Assembly (NCBI GenBank): GCA_964016885.1
Contig: OZ024743.1
Span: 203,236,001-203,300,000, forward strand
DNA: 64,000 nt
Source of the DNA: Eledone cirrhosa
Taxonomy: Eukaryota
Direction of reading: 5' to 3'
Below, in pieces: positions 14,389 through 27,451 of the stretch. The notes under the pieces are model-generated. The model made no database searches. It was not told the DNA's origin and saw nothing but the letters and a program-made list of their open reading frames with translations. The first letter of the stretch is position 1, and every line of letters starts with the position of its first letter. The position numbers and the translations under genes were made by a program.

Positions 14389-14560
14389 GAGGAAGAGTCA
14401 GAACCCCGACGGCTCATCTCCGGCCGTTTCGACAACTAGATCCGAACTAGCTGTCGAAACGGCCGGAGCTCAGCCGTCTGAGTCCTGACTCTTCTCCTAT
14501 TACCAACTCTACTACCCTATGTATCGAGTACTCTGATGCATTACCACACTTTCTGTGTTA
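14389..14560 (+). mobile_element. PLE-type terminal repeat (family C) with foldback
   Basis: GAAGAGTCAG...CGGCCGTTTCGACAACTAG / CTAGCTGTCGAAACGGCCG...CTGACTCTTC hairpin; homologs at 47235-47375, 58771-58963 and 61361-61480. Confidence 0.75.
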
Positions 14561-14697
14561 TATATACAAACACTCATATATATATATATATATGAAATTT
14601 CAGATGATATGTTAAAACTACTTTTAAGTAACACATTAATAATTTTTTTAAATTATATATATATGTATATGTATATATATATATAGCGATCTCCTAC

Positions 14698-15675
14698 ATG
14701 GACAACCTCGAACGAAAGGCTCTCAACGCCTGCCACCCCAACGCCGTAGCCTTTTTCTCAAGATACGTGGACGATATCCTCATCCTCACTTCTTCCCAAG
14801 ACACGGCGAACAGAATCTATGAGACGTTCAACAACACGGACGAGAACATTGACTTCAGTGTTGAACACCCCAACGAAGACGGGTCACTTGCCCTCCTCGA
14901 CTTCCGAATCAACATCACGGAACAAGGAGGGATCCACTGCAACTTCTACAGAAAGGCAGCCTGCAGGGACCTATTCGTTCACTACAAGTCCGCCCTCCCT
15001 AACAGTGCCAAAAGAGGATACATCACGAACGAGATCGCGCGAATCAAAGACAGATGCAGCGATCCCGCGAGTAGTGTCACTCATACCAAGCGATTCCTCG
15101 AGGTGCTGGAGACGAACGGGTACCCTACCTCGATCACAGACAGAATAGGAGACACCAGACGCAAGAGACAGAGAAGCACCCAAGCCAAGTGCTTCCTTAA
15201 AATACCACACCTAGGCGAGAAAACCACCAGCGCTATCCGCAAGGCTATACGGAGGGAGGGCCTCGACATCCACCTGGCCCACTCGGGCCCCTCCCTGCGA
15301 AGATGCCTCTCCAGGAAAACCGAAAAGTCTACTGACGCATGCTCCCTCAGAGACTGCCCGATACGCCATGCTAACTGTTGCCTACGCACATACGTCGTGT
15401 ATAAGATAGAATGTGACAGGTGCAACCAATACTACATAGGTAGCACAACTCGACCTTTGCACATCAGGATCAAGGAACACATTAAAACCAGGGCCTCGTC
15501 TTTCCGGAAACACATAGACAAATGCGGAAACAAAGACGGAAGGCCCATTGTCACAATTTTAGCGACTGAAAGAAACGTCGGCACGTTACGTATTAAGGAA
15601 GGGCTTCTTATCAAACAACTACAACCGCAATTAAACAACCGTCTTGAGAGAAGCGAAATGAAATGGCTGGTTTAA
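14698..15675 (+). CDS. PLE reverse transcriptase C-terminal half plus GIY-YIG endonuclease (open but 5'-truncated)
   Basis: FSRYVDDILIL (RT motif C), LALLDFRI, thumb HYKSALPNSAK, VVYKIECDRCNQYYIGSTTRPLHIRIKEH (GIY-YIG), terminal PQLNN. Confidence 0.93.
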   Translation: MDNLERKALNACHPNAVAFFSRYVDDILILTSSQDTANRIYETFNNTDENIDFSVEHPNEDGSLALLDFRINITEQGGIHCNFYRKAACRDLFVHYKSALPNSAKRGYITNEIARIKDRCSDPASSVTHTKRFLEVLETNGYPTSITDRIGDTRRKRQRSTQAKCFLKIPHLGEKTTSAIRKAIRREGLDIHLAHSGPSLRRCLSRKTEKSTDACSLRDCPIRHANCCLRTYVVYKIECDRCNQYYIGSTTRPLHIRIKEHIKTRASSFRKHIDKCGNKDGRPIVTILATERNVGTLRIKEGLLIKQLQPQLNNRLERSEMKWLV

Positions 15676-16090
15676 GTTAACAAGCGATGCAACAACACAC
15701 AACACACGCACACACACGCAAACGAGACAACTACATACACACACGCAAACACACACACACACACACAATAGCATTCCACCATACGAACATACCACACTGC
15801 CAATACAGATGAACAAGACAACTACACACGCACACACACACAATCACACACTCAAGCGAGACAACATTACACGCACACACACACACAATAACATTTAACA
15901 AGCAGGCAGAGAATGGACTGACAGCTAGCGCCATCCCACTCCCTCATTCGGCCATTGACTTCTTTGCGGCCGGCCCCATTTCGCGCGCACGCGCGCCCGA
16001 CCGAATACCTCAGATATTCAAATCATAAACAGCGAAAGACACGTTCCGAATTGTCCGACAGACAACCTTTTCCCCCACCCCGGAAAAAAC

Positions 16091-16126
16091 CCCCAGTTGA
16101 TGGATGTGAATCCGAAATATATAGGG
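16091..16126 (+). ncRNA. Minimal hammerhead with variant core
   Basis: CCC-CAGTTGA-T[GGAT GTGA ATCC]-GAAA-TATA-TA-GGG; all stems intact, core CAGUUGA instead of CUGAUGA. Confidence 0.6.
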
Positions 16127-16392
16127 ACTATTAAATCTCTCCCAAGGTAACTCTCTATCTCTTGTGTTGTTATTATTATTTTTACCCTTTCACTCTTCCC
16201 TTCATTCTACACATGTCACACATCTTATAGACACCACGCATCTCAACGTACACCCACTTACATATCTCTCTCTCTCCTACACCGGACCCCGTTACCCGGA
16301 GATTTACCCATTTGCATTGTCGAAGCTTCCAAACGACTTATAAATATTTACTTATTGTTCCACAATGCTTCAAGCAAACTTCAATACTCTCG

Positions 16393-16428
<36 letters not shown>

Positions 16429-16545
16429 TGCATATATATATATATGTGTAAACCATACATTTTAATTATTAACGAGATACTTAAAAGTACTTTTACCATA
16501 TCATCATCTAAAATATCAAATATATATATATATATATAAATATAT

Positions 16546-17294
16546 AGTTTTGCGAGGTTTTTTTATATGAAATCGTGTGTCGAAACAAATATTGTTATAC
16601 CTGGGGAGGGTCATATTTGTGTAATATTGCCAGAATTAATAACAGAACACACTCACCGTTTGGTTGGTTTTCGTTTTTCGCTTCTGTGTCTTTTATATCG
16701 GTTAATTTAATTTATTCGGTCCTCAATGTTGCCATTGACTGACCAACGGTCAAAAATACAGATACAATATAGACACAAACACATATAGATAGTCTATCAA
16801 AGTTCTTTCGTTGCACATCTGCAACATCGTCAGTGGTGCTATTGTTTCCGCCCGTTGCATTGTATTTTCTGCGCCATCTTTATTTAGTCTGTTTATATAT
16901 TTATTTATTTATTTATTTGTTTATTTATTTATTTTTTGTCTTCTTTGCGCATGCGTTTGCGTGTGTGTGTATTGGTTAATGTATTCTATCTTTACTAGTG
17001 TGTGTTTATATATGTTTATTGTTATTGTGCTTGTGTATGTATTTATTTATTTATCTATTTATTTATTTATTTATAATTATTTATAATTATTTATAATTAT
17101 TTATATTTATTTATAATTATTTATATTTATTTATAATTATTTATAATTATATTATTATATATGTTTATTTATATTTATTATATATATTATTATTTATATT
17201 TATTTATAATTATTTATAATTATTTATAATTATTTATAATTTATTTATTAATTCTGGCAATATTACACAAATATGACCCTCCCCAAGTATAACA

Positions 17295-17296
<2 letters not shown>
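16546..17296 (-). mobile_element. Family A PLE terminal repeat with inverted tip
   Basis: Homologous to 21747-22270; HHR at 16796-16837 (-): CTGACGA-T[GTTGCA GATG TGCAAC]-GAAA; inverted tip 17247-17296 after an AT-rich TTATAATTAT array. Confidence 0.85.
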
Positions 17297-17354
<58 letters not shown>

Positions 17355-17647
17355 CACATATATATATAATACACATATATACAATATATGTATGGATTAT
17401 CGAGATATAAATATGCCGGACATGTATTGATAAATTTCTTGGGAGACAGAAAATTTTAAAGTACAAGATTTAGTCGAGTTTGTGATCACTATCATAAACT
17501 ATCTGCATCTCTTACTATCTCCGAAGATATACGTCAGAGAAGGCTCTATACACCCATCAATTATGGCAGCAACAGAGAACAGGATCCGTAATTTGTATAA
17601 TTGTAATGCTTGCAGTTGTAGTTACTTTTATTATATATGAAATAGTA

Positions 17648-17840
17648 GGGCGGTGGATTGGCAATATCGGTAAAGGGTCGGACGCCATGCTTTGCAGCAT
17701 AGAGTTACGGCCCTTTGTGATCTGAGACCAAATCCCACCGGGGTTGATAAAATAAAGTACCAGTCATGCACTGGGGTCGATTTAATCGACTTTCCCTTCC
17801 CCCAAAATTGCTGGACTTCTGCATATATAAGAAACCATTA
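17648..17840 (+). mobile_element. SINE (long subfamily, internal deletion)
   Basis: GGGCGGTGGATTGGCAATATCGG head, partial core and tail. Confidence 0.85.
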
Positions 17841-18232
17841 TATATTAAATAGTGCAGTTCGTAACTGAGGTATGTTGTAATTTCATTGAGTAGTTATATG
17901 AAGCTTCAAGAAAACGAGTGTAAACACTCTTTTTTGCATGTTAAGATATTTACATGTATCCGCATCTATACCTTGACTTGAGTAGTTTGTATTAGCGAGT
18001 AATTTTGCAGAAAAAAAAAACTTCATGAAATCAAAGATTATTATGAGGCGACATAAAGGTCGAAAGAATAGGACAGTAACTTAAAACACTTAACTTCTCA
18101 TACATGATATATAAGGAATATACGTGTCACGCTATAGAACCTTCTCAATCAATAAGTGTGGATGTCAGTTACAAGCGTCGAATATATGAATATGAAGAAC
18201 GGATAAACATACCCTAAATCGGCAATTTAATA

Positions 18233-18411
18233 CAGACCTGTGAACTTTCCCTGCCCGAGGGGGAGATCCCCCACCTACATTCCATTAGGTGAGAGGTGTG
18301 TTCTCTTGTGAAAATGGATATAGATTTCATTATATATAACTCCCCATTTTGCCTCATTTCTCCCCGTTTTCATGGTACTCCCCGTTTGGGTTTTAGAGGT
18401 TGGCAAGTCTG
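18233..18411. mobile_element. Small MITE-like TIR element
   Basis: Imperfect TIR CAGACCTGTGAACT / AGGTTGGCAAGTCTG, flanked by 7-bp direct repeat TTTAATA; internal CTCCCC repeats. Confidence 0.55.
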
Positions 18412-18699
18412 TTTAATATCAAATTATTATTTCAAATTATTATTTCAAGTTTCACTTTGAGAACGTTCGGGTATTTAGACATTCCCACAAAATCTTGCGT
18501 GATAATATTGCGTTATTTATATTGAATATCAATGCATGTTTTTATTTACCTACGAAATTAACTCTATCTCCACCCACTATCTCTAATAAATACAGACATA
18601 TTCAAACATACATACTCACATTCACCCACTCACATATTCAAAAACATATATACATATACATATACTTATGTGTATGTAAATATATATGTATATATAGAT

Positions 18700-18820
18700 A
18701 TAATTGTTTCTACTTTTGCCATAACGCCAGCAATTATCCCAATACATTACTGGTAATTTATTTTATCAAACCCACAAGGATGAAAGGCAAAGTTAACCTC
18801 GGATGGATTTGAACTCAGAT
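18700..18820 (-). mobile_element. 5'-truncated SINE
   Basis: Core and tail on the minus strand. Confidence 0.85.
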
Positions 18821-18827
18821 AATACAG

Positions 18828-18911
<84 letters not shown>

Positions 18912-18913
<2 letters not shown>

Positions 18914-20290
18914 CAGCAGAAACTACCCACCATCCCTAATCAACAATGGATTCCAACGTGCCCTAAGACATCTAAGAACTCAGACACCCCAAACCCAGGA
19001 ATGAACCGCAGCAGAAAACTCTGCCATACATCTCCACACACAACCCCCTCAACAATGAGGCATTCGACACCATTCTCTAGTACATTCCTTTACTAAAAAG
19101 AGACCCAAGAATGAACAAAATCCTCTAAACACACAACATCATAAAGAGCATAAGACAACCTAAATCCATAAAAAACATCGTCACACAAGCCAAAATCCAA
19201 TAAACCCTCACAATGAACCCTACAGTAACAAAATGCGGAAGGCCCAACTGTGGCATATGCATAAATCTAATTGAACGTTCAACATTCCATTTTAAACAAG
19301 GACAACATTTCACAGTTAAACACAACTTTACATGTGCATCTGAAAACCTAATCTATGTTTTGACCTGCTCAGGTTGTCAAGAGCACTACATAGGAAAGAC
19401 AAAAAACAGCCTCCGACAACGTATGACCGTCCATAAATCACATATCAAAATACAAGAATACAGAAAGATTGCATTTAGTGAAGATATCGCCAATTGTGCT
19501 CACAACCAACATCCAAATTTTAAAATTTTCCCCATTTACAAATTCATAGACAACGCTACTTTCATCCATCGTACCAATAAGGAAACATATTTCATTAACA
19601 AATTCCAACCTCTACGTAATGCACTGAACTTCGGACTAAAATAAACTGGAACTCACAATCAAACATTTACAAGAGTTACCTCCCTCACACCCTACCTAAT
19701 CCTTTTTCTTAAATAAATTAAATATTATCCAGCATGAATTACCTCCCCCTGCATATTAACTCTCTAAAAAGGGAAATCATATCGAATCCCAGTCCACCAT
19801 TTTCCTCCATCATAGATCAACTAAGCACCCTTGCTATATTAACACATTTTGATCTGCTTAACTTCAAGAACTATGCCTGTAAATAACATTAGATTTTCTT
19901 TCACATTGAGTTTTTATGCTCCACATTACGATCCTTTTTTCCCTTTTTTCTTTTTTCTTTTCACTTCATGAACCTTGTTTGTAAATAACATTATTCTTTC
20001 TGCACCATTTCTTTAACATGTCCAACACCACCATTCCATACCAATATATATCACTTTCATTTGATAATGCATAAAAATGTTGAAACCGGTAATAGACAAT
20101 TATTAAATATATGAATAAATAAATAAACGCCATTGTTAATTAATAAATAAATCAACTAATACCTTAACACTTCACACAAAGTAAAATATTTCGTTTTAAT
20201 CATTTTCTAGCCCAGAAAAAAGAGAGAAATAAATAAAAAGGGAAAAAATATATTTTCCTTCCTAATAATCGTCTTTTTCTCCCTGTTTTC
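18912..20290 (+). mobile_element. Decayed 5'-truncated PLE (Neptune-like) with 3' UTR
   Basis: ORF 19213-19644: CGRPNCGIC linker and [19 protein letters not shown] (GIY-YIG); related to 59102-60255; degenerate HHR TTGATAA-TGCATAAAAATGTT-GAAA-CCGG-TA at 20058-20094. Confidence 0.88.
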
Positions 20291-21593
<1,303 letters not shown>

Positions 21594-21722
21594 GTAATAA
21601 TAATAAATTTGAAGACTAAAATCCCATTGTTAAGGATAAATATATATTGAGTTTCAAAAGATCCCGTTAAGGGTGAAAGCAGCGATTCTTTGCTTAAACT
21701 TTAATCTGTTATTTTAATAAGT
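21594..21722. mobile_element. Internally inverted fragment of the PLE 3' end seen at 2039-2200
   Basis: 21594-21648 matches 2039-2100 in the same orientation; 21650-21722 matches ~2125-2200 in the opposite orientation. Confidence 0.75.
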
Positions 21723-21997
21723 ATATATATATATATATATATATATAGTTTTGCGAGGTTTTTTATATGAAATCGTGTGTCGAAACAAATATTGTTATAC
21801 TTGGGGAGGGTCATATTTGTGTAATATTACCAGAATTAATAACAGAACACACTCACTGTTTGTTTGGTTTTCGCTTCTCGCTTCTATGTCTTTTATATCG
21901 GTAATCTAACTTACTCGGTCCTCAATGTTGCCATTGACTGACCGATGGTCAAATATAATACAGATACAATATAGACACAAACATATATATATAGTTT

Positions 21998-22039
21998 ATC
22001 ATAAATCTTTCGTTGCACATCTGCAACATCGTCAGTGGT
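21998..22039 (-). ncRNA. Minimal hammerhead ribozyme (family A)
   Basis: ACCA-CTGACGA-T[GTTGCA GATG TGCAAC]-GAAA-GATT-TA-TGAT. Confidence 0.75.
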
Positions 22040-22339
22040 GTTATCGTTTCCTCCTGTTGTATTGTATGTCTACGCCATTTTTATTCAGTCTGTCTATATA
22101 TTTATTTATTTATTTGCTTGTTTGTTTATTTTATTTTGTCTTCTTTGCGCATGCGTTTGCGTGTGTGTATAGAGTTTTGTTTGCTGTGTGATGGGTGACT
22201 AGCGTGTGTTTATGTGCTTGTTGTTATTGTGCTCGTGTATGTATTTATTTATTTATTTATTTATTTTATTTTATTTACTTATTTATACTTCTTTTAGGTC
22301 AGTGTTGTTTGTTTGGGTGTTGTTGTTATTTCATTCATT

Positions 22340-24495
22340 CTTTCTGTTTAGTCTTGGTCTTCTAATTTCTAATTCACTGGCCTCTCTCATTTGCCTATCT
22401 GCTGGGTCATTTCTATGTTTAGATATTATTCTAATTTCTATGTTGTCTATGTTACCGTCATGTTGTTGTCTAGCATGTTCGTATTGTACTGACCCGTTTT
22501 TTCGTCCTTTTAGTTCCCCAATGTTCGTCTATCCTTTCACCTATGCTACGAGCTGTCTAGCCTATGTATGTTGTTGTCATGTTTCTGCAAGTACCCTCTG
22601 TACATCTTATGCTATAGACTACGTTTCTAGTTTTACAGTTTATCCGGGGGTTTACCTTATATATGATACATTTCCTATTGGTACAGTGGGTTTTCTTAAA
22701 AGGGTAGGTTTTGCTGATCAGGGATTTTATGGTGGTTCCTGGCTTTTCTACCACCTTAATTTTTAAGTGGGTCTTTCTCAGGTCCTTTCTACACTGGTTA
22801 GCTAATTTCCCTCCAGGGGTAGCGTCCACAAACATGACACTCTGGTATCTCTGGTTGTCGTACCATGAGGTGGCTTTCCCTATCTTATGTCTAGCCCTAT
22901 CTAAGCTATTCCATGATTTGCTCCTGTATAATGGGCACATTCCTTTCATCTCCAGTTCTATGAGGGTCTTATACTTTTCCATGGCTCCTTCATATACTCT
23001 GACTCTGTCTCTTTGGTTGTAGCCAGAGAACTGCATGCGGTTGATGAAGTGTTGGATGTGTCTTTCCATTTCTGCTGGGTCGCACATGCGGGACACATTC
23101 TTCATCACTCGTACCAAATCTGCGATCAGAATATTAAACTTAGCATCTCTGGACATTGCTGAGTTTTTAGTATCAGGTATTTGGAGGCCATGGGTTTAAC
23201 ATAGTTTGAGTGGAGAATTTGGGCTCCCTCGTCTATAGTGTTAATCCAGAGTTCTGTGTCTAATACAGGCAGTCTATTGTTAGGGTGTTTGGAAGGGAAG
23301 TCGATAGTTACAGTTATACTCTGGTGTATGGAACTAGCTATCTGCTGGATGCTTTCCATCGTGCTACGTTCTAAATCAAACTTGTTAGTGCTCTCTAGTG
23401 GGGATGTTCTTATAACTATATTGATATCGTCTACATAACGAGAGTACATGATGAGGTCTATGGAGCTCTCATTAAGGAGATCTTTAAGTCTCCTTTCCCA
23501 CCATACCATGAAAAGGTTGGCAACATCACCAGCTATACTGACGCCAATGGCTGCTCCCTCATTTTGGCTGTAGATCTTCTCGTTGAACTTAAATATGTGG
23601 CCCTTTAGGGTAATTTTGATACTAGCCCCTATTGCATGTGCGACCATTTTTCTTACCTGATCATTGTTTTGGGGGTCCCTATGGCTTTGGTCCACCCAAT
23701 CCACCTTCCCATGGGAGTCTTTTTTGCCATTGAGGTTATGGTGGGGGTCTATCTCTTATAGGTCTACTAGGCCAGAAACGTCTAAGGTCATGGCTGTCTA
23801 GGTAGTCAGTGTCGTAGGTAAGTCTATGTAGCAGGCCCAGTTCGTCTGTGTCGACGTCGCAAAACTCCACCTCACTCTCAATGATCATCTCCACACATCT
23901 TTTCACAGCAAAATCAATGTTAATGGATGGGTACAGTGACACCACATCCATGCTGCCTATTATGCAGTTGGATAGGTTCCTGTTTTTGTTGCACTCACTG
24001 ATTCTGCTGAGGAGGTCCTCTGTACTGTCACATACATCTGGGGACATCTTGATTATGGGGCGTATATCCATTGAGAGGAAGTAGGAGATCCTGTAGTTAC
24101 TAGCAATATTAGCTCCGCATACGGGTCTTGTTGGTGGTCCTGTTGTCGGGTCGTCGACTGTCGTGTGGTCTTTGCGGAGCCCGTACAAGGGTGGTATGCC
24201 ATTGTTAGACGCCCGGAAGTTGTTGGCAGTGCGCCCCGGAAGTTGTTGGCTTTAGGATGTCAGTCCACATCATCATGTGAGCGTGGAGGATTTTCTCTCT
24301 CCCATCGTGTTTTTGTTGTGCAATTTCGCTCGTGTTGGTGATGTGGGGTTGCATAGCCTTGATATAGTTCGGCATGCTATCTATTGACATCCTACCAGAC
24401 TTATCGTGGGTAGACATACTACCTCACCATCCCTTGTGCGCTGCTTGAGGCTAACCACGCCTTCTACAGGTTTCCTCCCAAGTTTTTGGGCCTCT
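22340..24495 (-). pseudogene. PLE RT-GIY-YIG pseudo-ORF (track ORFs 24205-24417, 23736-24188, 23126-23704, 22557-23156)
   Basis: RT motifs in order across several frameshifts; long insertion between motif A and motif B'. Confidence 0.88.
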
Positions 24496-25328
24496 ATTGA
24501 CGATGGCGCTCGTTAACCGCTCCTTAACTAAAGTACTAATCCCGTTCGTGTAATCTTTACTTGCCGCTAAGGACAAGTTGAGCTTCCAGTAACCGGGTCC
24601 AAGTCTATGCGTTCTATCAAGGTTGACCATGGAGGAGACTAACTTGTGGTCTGAATAGCCAACCATGAGCATTTCTGGGCAACTTAAAAAGTCCCTATCC
24701 TTATTGCTAACTAAGAACCTATCTAGGTACGATCTAGATTGACCGCTATGGTTTCTCCATGTCCAGGTTGGCACAGTCGGAAAATCTAGTCGATATCTGT
24801 CGGCCATGTGTTTCGGCCGATTAAACCCTTGAGGCTGTTACCCTCCCCCCCTCTATCAGGACATGCCCCTGCATAGTCCCAACGTGCATCAAGGATACCA
24901 TTCCAGTCCCCCACTAAAAGCAAGGAGCGGGGCGTCCCTAGAAAAGTCTCCAGACGATGGAAGAAGTCCGGCCGCTTTGACCCAAAAGGGCCGTAGACGG
25001 CGACCAGCCTAAAAGCTCCGGCTTCACCTCTGCCAAATTCCAGAACCACTAGTCGACCCTCCGGGTCCAAGTGTACCGTTTGTGTAGCGAGACCCAGATG
25101 TTTTTGCAGCAGAACGAGAACCCCACCCCCACCTCCGGGCTGACAGAGAGATGCGTGCATCTCAAAGTCATCAAAGGTGGGGGCCAGCTGTCGCCCGCTG
25201 CTGATCCGGGCCTCGCAAATAACCATCACATTTATACACCGTGACCTGAGTTCATTTAGAAGCATTGCTTGCTTCCAAGGTGAGCCCAGGCCACGCGCAT
25301 TTAGACAATCTACTCTCAACACAGCCAT
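24496..25328 (-). pseudogene. LINE ORF2 apurinic-like endonuclease domain
   Basis: MAVLRVDCLNARGLGSPWKQ...VAVYGP...LLVGDWNGILD...RSYLDRFLV...SDHKLV...PGYWKLN. Confidence 0.9.
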
Positions 25329-26033
25329 GTTGGTGGTAAAGAGAAAAGGCACTTACCCCTCTGTGTCCCGGGGACCGGGCCGCACAATTTCCATGGGGGT
25401 GGGGGATGGGTTGTCGGGTGGGGGTGGTTTATTGTGGAAGTGTAGGGGCATCAGTGTGTGGTGGTGTTGGGGTGTTTGGAGTTGTGTGTGTGTCATGGGG
25501 GGGGGGGGCTTAGGGGGAGGAATTTTTAGGAGGACACGGTTAATGGGTCTGACGCAGGGGGGGGCCTCACGTCCTCTTTAAAAGTGTCTTTTAACGTTTT
25601 GTAAATGTCCATTGGGGCTTTTATCATTTTTAGATGGGGCAGCTCCGTTGCTTGTGCGAAATTCGAAACTTTGGTTTTTATTAAGTTGTTATTATAAATA
25701 ACGTTTAACAGTCTTTTGTTTATTGTGTTTATGTACGTGTAAGCATATTTTTCTTTTTGTGTGATGTTTTTTGTTTGCTGTTGTTATGTGTGTTTTTGTG
25801 TTGATGTCTGTTTTATGTATTGGGAGGGGTTGTTTGTATTTGTGTTCCTGTGGTGTGTTTTATTTTCTTTCTTTTAACTTTATGAAAGTGCCCCCACCCC
25901 CTCGTCTTAAGACGAAAGTGGATCGTCTTCCGTATTCGAGGGGAGGGGTTCATTTTCTGCTCGTGTTTGTGGTGTGGATGTTATTGTATTTGTTTTCTTT
26001 GTGGGGGGGGATTGTTTTCAGTTGTGTTTTAGC

Positions 26034-27358
26034 TTATGGTGTTAGTTGTTTTTGTGGTGGTGGTGGAGGTTGTGTTGGTAGTGTTGTAGTTGTTGGTGTG
26101 GGCAAAAATCGGTGTTTTTTGTTTGCTTGGGAACAGGCAGCCCTCAGGTGACCTCTGCCACCACAGAGGTAACAAGCGGGTCGTCTACCATCCACTGTAA
26201 TGTGTAAGTAGGCAAGCCCATCCAGCAATATGGGGTCGGGAATCCTAGCAATTCGTTCTGGCTGCATTTGCACCAGAACTTGCAGGCTAGTTCCACCGAA
26301 CACGTGCTGGAAGACTTACCTACCGAAATTACTGCATCCTCTTTCAAGTCGAAGAGGCCACACAGTACCGCCCAGAAATCAATATCTGGATCGATACTGT
26401 GTATGGTCAATCTTTGTGCTCTTCTTCCCAAATAAGTGGGGAAGAAAGTAAATAAGGGGGACACAATTGGGGCCAGGGAATGTTTTTCGGCCGTCAATTT
26501 ATCTTTCATTCGGATGGATAGACTACCGTAGAGTCAATCCTTCCGAATGAATACAATGAGTTTCAGATGATCTTTTAAAGCCAGTTCAATCTCTGTCTGT
26601 GTGAGTTGTACTGGCTTACGGGTTTTGTTTGATATTATCCTATAAATAATAGTTTTTAAGCTATTTTCCTTTTTTATCTCTGGGGGAGAATTTAAAGAAA
26701 ATAGACCATTCTCCTCCAAAGTTATATACTTCCGTGCATTTTCCATTTGCTGGGCCATGTTCGAAATGTCAATAGGTTCATACACAATGGTTTTTTTTCG
26801 TAGTTTGAGCGAATGTCATTTTGTTCACCCCTCTTTGTTTACATTTGTCAAAATGTGGTTGTTTTCTTGTTTTTTGTTGTTACAATTTTCATTTTTTGTT
26901 GTGTTTATGTTATTTATGTTGGTGTATGCGTTCACATTTTTTTCCCCGTTGGGGTTAGACTCCATTTTTTCAAAATGTTCACTTATATTTTCATTATCCG
27001 AGAGACTTGTAGTCACAGCTACTACGTCTCTTTCACCTTTGCTGGTGGGCGTGGCATCGTGAAAAGTCGAAACGGCTTCCATTAATGTTGGCAATTTCTC
27101 CGAGTCAATTTTTTTCACATTTTTTTCATTAGGGTTAGGCTCCATTTTTTCAATGTTTCTAATAATCATTATTCTTTCAGTAGGGAGGTTTGTTGCCTCC
27201 GATACCCGCCCTCCTTCAGTTTGTTTAGTGGGCGTGTCATCGTTACCTGTGATAATGGCTTCCATTACCACTAGCGTAGAGACAATTGCAAGATTTTTAG
27301 GATGAAAAATGCCACCCCAAAAGAGGTGAAATAAAATAACCCTAATGTCCGAAGACAC
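26034..27358 (-). pseudogene. LINE ORF1 (gag-like, CCHC zinc knuckle), frameshifted
   Basis: CX2CX4HX4C at the C-terminus, preceded by an RRM-like region (inference); N-terminal ~61-aa duplication. Confidence 0.75.
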
Positions 27359-27451
27359 AGGTAAGGGGGTTAATTAACACAATAACGCATCAATACAGAC
27401 AAACACTTACTGTTAACCTGTAATATATCCAATAATTGGATATTTTACAGG

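Larger units (their letters stand above)
14686..16385 (+). mobile_element. 5'-truncated Penelope-like element with 3' UTR
   Basis: RT/EN ORF followed by a CA-rich UTR and an HHR-like motif; both ends abut (TA)n. Confidence 0.9.
21747..24495 (-). mobile_element. 5'-truncated, frameshifted Penelope-like element whose 3' UTR is repeat family A
   Basis: Collinear pieces DKSGR, YGLRKDH, PTRPV, GSMDVVSLYPSI, QNEGAAIG, SRYVDDI, LPVLD and VVYSIRC...YIG, then UTR with HHR. Confidence 0.92.
24496..27400 (-). mobile_element. 5' half of an L1/Tx1-clade LINE (ORF1 plus APE), 3'-truncated
   Basis: ORF1 fragments ending in CYLCGGRGHLRAAC; ~700-nt spacer; APE motifs LNARGL, GDWN, SYLD, SDH, YWKLN. Confidence 0.9.

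Noticed and set aside
14819-15638. Alternative-frame and antisense ORFs over the PLE (likewise over the LINEs at 25177-30354)
   Set aside because: Shadow ORFs of GC-richer retroelement coding sequence.
22340-24495. Selenocysteine recoding as in Naiad PLEs
   Set aside because: Interruptions are frameshifts and a TAG stop, not in-frame TGA at conserved Cys positions; no SECIS identified.
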